A stretch of DNA of 62,361 nucleotides from Histomonas meleagridis 2922-C6/04-290x. Lineage: Eukaryota > Protista > Parabasalia. The position numbers were made by a program, and so were the translations under genes. Shown here piece after piece: positions 53,845 through 62,361 of the stretch. A model generated the notes under the pieces. The model was not told where the DNA came from. It was given only the letters and a program-made list of their open reading frames with translations, and did not search any database. Where the stretch lies: the NCBI GenBank assembly GCA_020184695.1, contig JAANOX010000181.1, positions 1 to 62,361 of the forward strand. Direction: 5' to 3'. Each line of letters starts with the position of its first letter. The first letter of the stretch is position 1.

Positions 53845-56800
53845 GATTCAGCAACAAGCAGTCCCTCAGCTGTTCAAATTGTTATAATTTGTTCAATTCT
53901 TTATAACACAGAGATAACTGAGATTTTGAAAATCATTGCAAATGACCACATCATAATAAATATTACAATTCAAACTCAGCAACAAACATTGGATCCCTCA
54001 GCCTGGAGACATTATGGGTTAAAGATGTGGCACTTGGCACAGATGATGCAGTAATTACATTTCTGATTTATAACTTCAACCATTTATTATTATGGTATTT
54101 CACAACCATCTGAAGACCATTTCATGGTGCTCTAACGGTGCCCATATCCAACATTTGAAGGCTACAGGTAGTCCATTTACAAAGAGGTGTATGGCTTCGA
54201 TCAAGCTTTCAGAATACTATTGATGAGCCATATAAAAAATGAGAATTTATTTTCACAATTTTGAATTTATTTAAGTATAATTTAGTGGTAATATAATAAT
54301 TGAAACTTATTTATATAACGCAAAACTCAATAATGCAAGCACTGAAAAATGAATTATTTTATTTATTTATTCACTAATAGTACAATAATTTGGTCAAAAA
54401 AACTTAATACAATACAACTGTCATTAATTTTCTTCAATTTATAATAACCCATTGTTGGTATTTTAAATAAAACAATTAGAGTAAAAATAAAGTAAACAAC
54501 GTGTTCAATACTGTGTAAATAATGAGGTTTCTGGTTGACTTTTGTATTAGTAACAAAAGTCACAACTTTCATTTGAATTTAAAAATAAAAATATTGAAAG
54601 GCTGGATGAATAGTGAAAGGCCTTCAACTACTACGTTAATTAACTACCCTTGAGTGACATAAAAATTTCATTGTGTTTCCACCTATGTCTCGAGAAATAA
54701 CTTGTCGAAATCTTGACCGCATGTCTGTGTTTTCGAGAACCACGAAGCGAGACGAGCTTTTAATTTTCACAATGTTAGTTCTTATTCTGAGTTTTTGATC
54801 AGATTTCCAATTCCAAAATCGTTTTCAGTGTAAAACTAGGCCTCAACTATGAACTCCCATTTATGTGCATTCATTTTGTTTTAAATATTCAAAGTGAATG
54901 CCGTGAGCCACATGATGTTCACATCTTCTTTCTTATTGACAAAGCCATTTGATAACAGGCATGGGACATTCCACCTTTACAACAAAGGGCATAATGGGGT
55001 GTGACAGCTGAAGATATTGTGTTAATACGTAAGGAAAATGATTTACACGAACACAGATAATTTCAATATTTGTTACGGTGACTATACACGTGAAGATCTT
55101 GTGATAATTTGATCGTGAAAAATGGAGATAGTCAACCAAACAGTACTCACACCATTTGATTTTCGTGGAGACATGTTGTTGGCTGCAGCTGAAGGCAATG
55201 GGTAGAAGGTGGTGTTGAGTCGCCTGGTGGTGACTATTGTTTTCAATAAATTATTGCAGCAGTTGTTATATGGAAAAACGACATGATATTCGAGCTTGTA
55301 TTCGGAGCCAGATCTGCACTGTGAATCGTGAACGTAATGGCTGACCCAGAACACTTCCATGCACTGAGTGGCCATTTAGGTAGCAGAGATTCTGGTGTGG
55401 TAATGAATTGTGTCGCCAAGGATTATATTGGTGCATCTGCGACGTGAACAACTGGTGTCAGAACGCTGAACCTTTATCTTTGCCAACGCCATCGAGCAGT
55501 AATACCAATGCATCCATACGTCCATATATTGCTGCAACCAGTGAATCTTCTGTTCAACATCAATCACGGCAGACAAGACCATTAGTCCTTGAAGCTTCAA
55601 ATTTAACGTGAGGTGTTCAATATATTCTTGCATAACTGCGGCAGTGTGATACAAGCATCAATGTGGATCAAATCTTGCAGTGCAGTATCGTGCTCCTACG
55701 GAAGTTTGGTTTGTGCGGGACTTTGCGACAAATGCAACTTAAAAAAATTGGACAGATAACGAAGAAGTTTGTCGCTTATTAATTCCCGGAATATAATATG
55801 CCGAAAGTGCTGAACTTTTTGAAATCGGAAATTGAGAATACAATTTATTGAATTTCTTGTCTTTAAATTTGGTGTTACAGGTGGCAACTCATTTTATGTG
55901 CATCTCCTGAGCACTGAGTCATATTAAATATCCTGCATCAATACTAACATTAACTAAATCATTGCGCATCATCAGAGGCTGTCATTACAGTTCTTGATGA
56001 AGAAAATGGAAACTTAAATATAAAATGGAATCATATTCATCAAATGAGTAAGCCACAATCCATCAATGGAAGTTTGAGGTACAGCTGTCTATTCCAACAT
56101 TACCAACAGTACGCGTCAATGCGGCAAGCTACGTGATTCATTATTCCCTTCAACAGTGAGAATTAGTAGTCGAAAACTAATATGTGTTAGCAACAACAAC
56201 AAATCAACATAATAATTCACGTGGTACAGTAATGCATTAAATCCTGTTCCGTGTATAAGGATGACTGCTTTGCTAATGACATCAAATCCATATCGAGATG
56301 TTAGCACCATGTGCACATGATAATTCAAGTTAGTATTAATTACACATCTTCCTCTTTCAGCTATTATTGTTATTTACAAACTAAAGTTTTGTTAAAAATA
56401 AATTTGAACCAACTGACAAGCCTATCATTAATCTAAATGATGGATTACAAGTACAACAGACTAAACAATATTCCCACCCAACTAAGCGCACTAATGAAAT
56501 TTATGTAATTGATATTGATAATAGGCTGACCATCACAGGCTGTTGACAGACATTAGGCTACTGCAACAATGGAGCTTGATAAGAAGAGTAAGATACGTTC
56601 TTACTGTTACACCTGTATTGTTGAATCAATGCATCATTCATTATTGCACCATTCAGCTGCATTAACATCAGCACTGAATAACAAATGTATGTAGATACGG
56701 ATGAAATCATCGTGGAGTATGAGAAACGGAATGGAAACTTGGCCTCATTGTGTGGTGGTGATTAATGATCGTATGAACAACCGTACTGATTTTGTTGAAT

Positions 56801-59800
56801 AATCTTTACATGAAAAGTGAGATGGCAACAGAAGACAAACATATAAGAACAGAGGATGACAAACTTTTATCGATATGAACTTCAGGTAATCAATAAAGCC
56901 ACATTTAAAACAAATGTTCGTAAGCTTTTTCATTCACAACAATGAACGTTAATCAAAAGACCTAATTATTTATTGAGACTATGAATATTTGAGCAGGAGT
57001 GAATCATGTTTTTAAAATAATTATTGGATGATGATCATATGAATATTCATTGTATTCTTGTTGCAAGCCTTTTGTCCAGCAATATTATTGTAATGAGAAT
57101 TTGATGCTGCAATACATCGAGAGAAAGTTTATGTGTATCATCATTCTAGCTTCAAACACAATTTGTTAAAGTAAGTATAAATAATATTTGAGTAATCTTT
57201 GTGTTAAATCTTGACCTGGCTATTTATATTAGTACGATATTTGCAATCTACTTTTTGCATAATATCTAAAAGGAATTTATAAGGAGCAGTATAAATGGAA
57301 AACGTGGCTAATGACGTACATGTAAATATATAATATTGTATTTTAAATTATTAGTTTTAATACTTTAAAACATTGTTTAATTGACTCTGTAGATTTCATT
57401 TTTCAATTTATTAGTAAATTTTCAAATTTTTATTTGGATGGAAATTCGAAGATTTTGAACTCAATAAACATTAATTTTTTAATAATAATGTGTGTATGTT
57501 AATTCGTTGTGAAGTATGGTAGTGTAAAAATTATTCATTTTCATTGTTATTTGTTATTAATGTGTCGTTAGAAGCTATCTATGTGTTAGTTATTTGGGTT
57601 GTTGTTATTTTGTTTTAATCCTTTAAGAATTATTTCAAATTTTTCATTTGAAAAATCGAGGAATTTGTCTTAACTGTGTTGCAAAGCTGGACCCGATGAT
57701 CTTAAATAATACTTTCAAAAATAGCTTTCTTTGCAATTTCATCCGTTTATTTCATTTACTTATTCTTATACAACATATTAAGAAGATATATTCAACATTT
57801 GAATTTCAAAGTTGAACAACATTCGAAAGACTTGTAAGTACAAAAAATCAACAAAATTTTCAAATTCACAACCAAATAAGAGCTGACTGAAATAGTTTCA
57901 TTTGTGACACATAAAGCGCGTCGGTAAAACAGTCCGTTCTCATCTATTTCGAACGCACCAAACGAATTCTTCCTTGGCATTTCGTACAATATTTCGACCT
58001 CACTTCCGAATATTTTATTGTCATCAAGCATTCGTTCGCTTTCGTTGGCACGATTGTTCATTATTCATAATTATTTGTTTCATTTGTTTTTCGCCTTTCA
58101 TTTTGACTCAGCTCGATTTCGGCTTTGAAATGCGTTTTTATTCCATTAATCTTTCATTTGCTCATTCATTGACAACTCGCGTCTTTCTCGTGTGTGCTTG
58201 TGTTGGCTGAGCGCTTGTGTGTTTCTTTCTTACGCTGCTTGTGTATCGACGATATTAAATCGCATGTTATGTTATTGTTCAATATTTCGGCTCTCTTTAA
58301 CTCTTTCGATGTTTTCACTGTTCGGATTATTAACTTTGCATTTGTGTAGTACAATGAGCCGGTGACCCCACGCGTGAAGGCTTCGGAGACACGACATTTC
58401 TGGCGTGACACTGGGTGTTCGGTAACTGTCTTTTCTTTGGCGAGTAGTACAAGCTCTTAACACCAATTCGTTGATTTTGTTTGGCTTTGTTGTCGCTTTC
58501 AGTTCTTCATGTGATAGTTCCGGGATTGCTCATCGTGCGTTTGCTGCTGTTGCTGTTGTTGAGCTGGTTGTTTTTATTTCTTCGGGTTCTGCAATAAGAC
58601 TGGACAATCGGCACTTTCTGCATCGAGACATTCGCGTTGATGACTGTTGTCTTTAATCTTCTTGAATCGAGCTTTAAGCAATGTGTCATGCAATTCAGCT
58701 AATGGTCTAAACATGTGGTGGGCTGGAACGTCGGGTACTACAATTGACGTAAACTGAAACCCAGCTGCAGTAGTGAGCAATTTATATGGGTAATTTGAAG
58801 CAGTAACGCCAATTTGAAGAGGAATTTGTCGGGTCTGCTGATAAACGGCCTACGTGAGTAACGGACAGAAGATGCAGCAACTACTGTATGTGTGAAACTG
58901 AGAAAAGCCATTGTATTTTAATATAAAATAACAAAGAAACTGATTTTAGAGATATTTTTTGTTAGAATTGAGAGCTAGTAGCGTAGCACCAGGCCACCAC
59001 AGTATTTTTGATGGCAACTTCCATTTTGTTGTAATAAACAAAGAAATTTGTCCTTGGTATATTACTCACGTGTTGTGGGTCACTATTGATACACGGTTAA
59101 TACATGACAAGAGAGTTTTTCTTCAGTTTGTTTTTAGTTGCTGCGAAAAATCGGCATCTTCCAGTCGTTACTGGTATCGTCAATGGCGTCGTAGTATCGC
59201 AGGGGTCTTTCCATGATAAGTGAGGAGCCTAAAATGATCGATCATCGATTGTCCCGAAAACAGAGGTCAGAAACCTCTGTAAGTATAAATTAAACATGAA
59301 AACTACAAAATCTAGTTTTCATTTAGTATGGAAAATATAAATCAAATCATTATTTATATAAATTTGCAAAGAAATTATTTAATGTCATCTAAAACAAAGT
59401 GAAAAATGAAAATAATTTAAGAAGATAAGGCAAGTATTTTTGTGTTTTAAATATTCAGCATTCAGAAAATTTTTTGAAAGTAGATAAGTGATGCAAACGT
59501 CGTTAGAAAAATTATGCAAAATCAGCAATTTTCGAGGATATATTGACTCAATAAATGATAAATTATATTTGCTATTTTGTAAATAAAACAATTTTTCATT
59601 ACCCAAGTATATTTATTGATGGGCTAAGAATCGGCTCATTATGCATTATCAGCCAGAAATGACATTCATATGAAGATGCAATTACTTTTCTTTGCACCTT
59701 AACAGAAGTAAGTACTACAACCCATGTATAACCGTACGTTTGACGACTGAAACCCTTTGTAATAAAATTAGTAAATATTTCAAGTATTAAAACATATTCT

Positions 59801-62361
59801 AGAATATTCAAATGAATAGTTTGGATTGGCATCCTTCCTTCTATCTAAAAGTAATTTTACTATTTCTATATTATTATTTCTAACTGCTATATGAGGAATA
59901 ACTGTTTTCAAATGATTAGAGCATATTCTAAATTATTCAAGGAAATGAAATTTTTGCGTGTATCAATTCCTTTGTTCCAAACATATTTCTGATTCAATTT
60001 CCTGATTTTAAATAACAAGTATTTTGGTATTGACACGAAGGAAATAAATTTCCATTCGTACTGTTTCATTTATATTACCAGCATTGGCGCAGTAATTCCA
60101 TTTTCTTCCAAAGAAATGCTAAGAGCTAAAGCAATTATCTTTTTAATAAACTTCCAATCATTCGTTTCTACCAATTGACGCTATTTTGTCTCAAAAAACT
60201 ATGACCAAGATATCATCTCGATAATTGTAATTACTTTGCTTCATATGCACTGCTTAATGATGAGACAATTTGTTCAAAATGAATGATTTCCACCTGCAAC
60301 TACACCTGTGTTTAGCCACATTTGAACCATTCATTGGTAAAAATTTGACTTAACTGATAATGCTGCATATCAATAATCAACATCTTCTTTATTAACAAAT
60401 AGTCTTCTTTCGCCAAAGCAATGGTTCAATTTTGATTGAAACAAGAACTGTTTGTGTTGCTATTTCTTGGTTTTTCTACTTTAATCTTTCAATTATTTCA
60501 CTGTTCCTTTAGTTAACTCATCTACTTCTTATGAAGCTCCAATCATTCTTTGATAATTCTTCATAATTTTGAAAAGCATCAAGCAATTTCTATTAAATTT
60601 TTTGTTCTTCTGTTTTATAATCATAATGATTGAATTTTAGTGATATTAATCAGTAAATTTTGATAACATCACATAATAGATTCTTTGACAATAATATTCA
60701 GATATATACTTAATGAATTGAGTAGTACCGGTATTTTGTTAATTTCTTTTTTTTAGTGTTTATAAAGAATTAAGTAAACCTATCAAATGCTGTTCTTTGT
60801 GAATAATGCATTAAATACAATTTTGCACCAATAATATTAAAATGTGTTGAGGCATTTGAGTGAGATGTGTCTTTGAGTGTTATGACATCGTTTTGCTACG
60901 AACAAACCTTGTCAGTACAGTAGCTAAAAACTAATTTAGATGTCATTTGCTGTAATTAAACTGTTGAATAAGCAGATGGGCAAGCGAAGAGAGCTTAACA
61001 AACATATAGAGTAAATTTCTTCACGTGTCAGTTTCTATTCTGATACTGCTACAATGAAGTCTTATAAGAAATAGCATATGCTGAAAAGAGGAATCAACAT
61101 GATCATTATTAATGAAAACATTATAATGTTGAAACCCATATGTGAGTGTAATAAGGCTGTGTTGGAGGAAGAGTGTACATTTAGAGCAAGGATATTTTAA
61201 CAAACTCAATGCGAATTTCCAACAATAGGAAATCAAATGAAAATCAATCAGTTCTCATTGAAACGAAAGCAACAGACAAACTAACAAGAAATACAAACAT
61301 ATAACCCAGATTTAAAAAACACAAAACCACACATACTAAAAGTAAGAAACAAATAATTTTAAAAATACAATGATTAAGTCACGGAAAGAGTTATTGTATT
61401 AAATAAGAAACGAGAAACTATATGTGGGCTATTGGCTAAATGTGATAGTTTTGCTGATTAAATTTCTATATTAATAAATTAGGTGTACCATCATCAAGAA
61501 GAAACTAGAAACATTAATGACTCCACTGAAGTTGAAATTAAAAAACAATGTCGAAATTATTAAAAGGCAGGTGTTGAGATGACAGTGAGGCAATTTTTAT
61601 GTATTGAAAACCCGCCTATTAATCTTGATGATTCTAACAATTTTTGCTACTAAGGCGAGGTTTTGTCTGTAACAAAAAACGATTTTCTTGGGTTAAGCAG
61701 TCTCAGAGATTCTCGAGTGGCAGCTAAGTGTTTGGAATTTTTATGGTGGCGGTTCACCGACGTAATACTGTAGGGTTGCACAACATAAATAAAAATCCCA
61801 ATGATTTGTTTCATTCCGGCCGATGTGATGTTCAATACTACTATAAATATTTATAGAGCATTTTGTAAAAATTTATTTTTCTTTTTGTCATATGATTCAT
61901 TTTCATATGGTGACAAATTATAAATTATAAAAGATTTCACTGATAAACTTCCTCTTATGAACTCTTTAATTACAAGTATTTGTGATGAATTTAATACATA
62001 TCAATTTTTATAAGGAACAGTTGACAAGCCTATGAATATATGTAATTTTTAAATTCATGGAAGCTAGTCACTTTCCGACTGGTCGTGTGCGACCACACAA
62101 CAGTCATTGGCAAAACAGTGTACCAGTACCATCTAGGCTCATTGCTCTCCCCAGTATTGCTCAATGTTTGGGAGTATTTTTATTTTCTGTTGTTTCTGTG
62201 TGTATCTCTCACTCGTTAGGGAGGCTGGATGCTGATATTTGTAACTGCAAATTCGAAGTTTTCTTCTTTCCAATAATGAGCAAATTGTTTCAGGCCCATC
62301 TATAGAACACATGGGAATATAGGCACGAAACAGTTTGCTTTCTGATCTGCAATGGCAGCCA
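53845..62361 (-). other. Degraded inverted copy of about 42290-53250 (probable foldback assembly artifact, or old inverted duplication)
   Basis: Colinear reverse-complement matches: BspA about 53845-54200, kexin about 54900-56900, FKBP15-like about 57800-59230, ankyrin B about 59800-60760, MITE about 60880-61700, 42290-42570 at about 62060-62330. All ORFs are destroyed. Confidence 0.9.

Noticed and set aside
53845-62361. Many short ORFs (e.g. 55082-55654, 57792-58780, 62057-62305) as genes
   Set aside because: They are shards of the degraded inverted copy of upstream genes.

Overview
Strongly AT-rich eukaryotic DNA, most likely a parabasalid (Tritrichomonas/Trichomonas-like). Evidence: compact, apparently intronless housekeeping genes, Inr (TCACTT) and M3/M5-type core promoters, BspA-like LRR and trichomonad-type ankyrin genes. 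The genetic code is standard (TAA, TAG and TGA all end conserved genes). Three zones. (1) 1-5941: a tRNA-Asn(GTT) gene whose 3' 15 bp are duplicated 2.7 kb away. Related ORFs of an unrecognised family start just after each copy of the tRNA 3' end, one carrying three C2H2-like fingers, and an inverted copy of the same ORF start lies at the window edge. This looks like a tRNA-targeted element family. (2) about 6.1-39.6 kb: ordinary housekeeping genes (PCI protein, PP2A-family phosphatase, V-ATPase c, Ndc80, importin-beta, kinase, UBL protein, Ras-like, E2F/DP, RPS16, proteasome alpha, Hsp70-like, Nap1/Hem-like, tomosyn-like, C2 protein, HMG box), plus an ankyrin-family pseudogene and a 54-bp minisatellite. 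(3) 39.7-62.4 kb: an ankyrin gene in which every repeat is interrupted at the same position by an AT-rich insert lacking usable GT-AG ends (exact 170-nt period, conserved motif at a fixed distance); a second ankyrin gene broken by a Mutator-like MITE; FKBP15-like, kexin-like and BspA genes; then a heavily degraded inverted copy of about 42.3-53.3 kb that fills the rest of the window and is probably a long-read foldback artifact. All product calls come from motif recognition by eye; no database searches were run.
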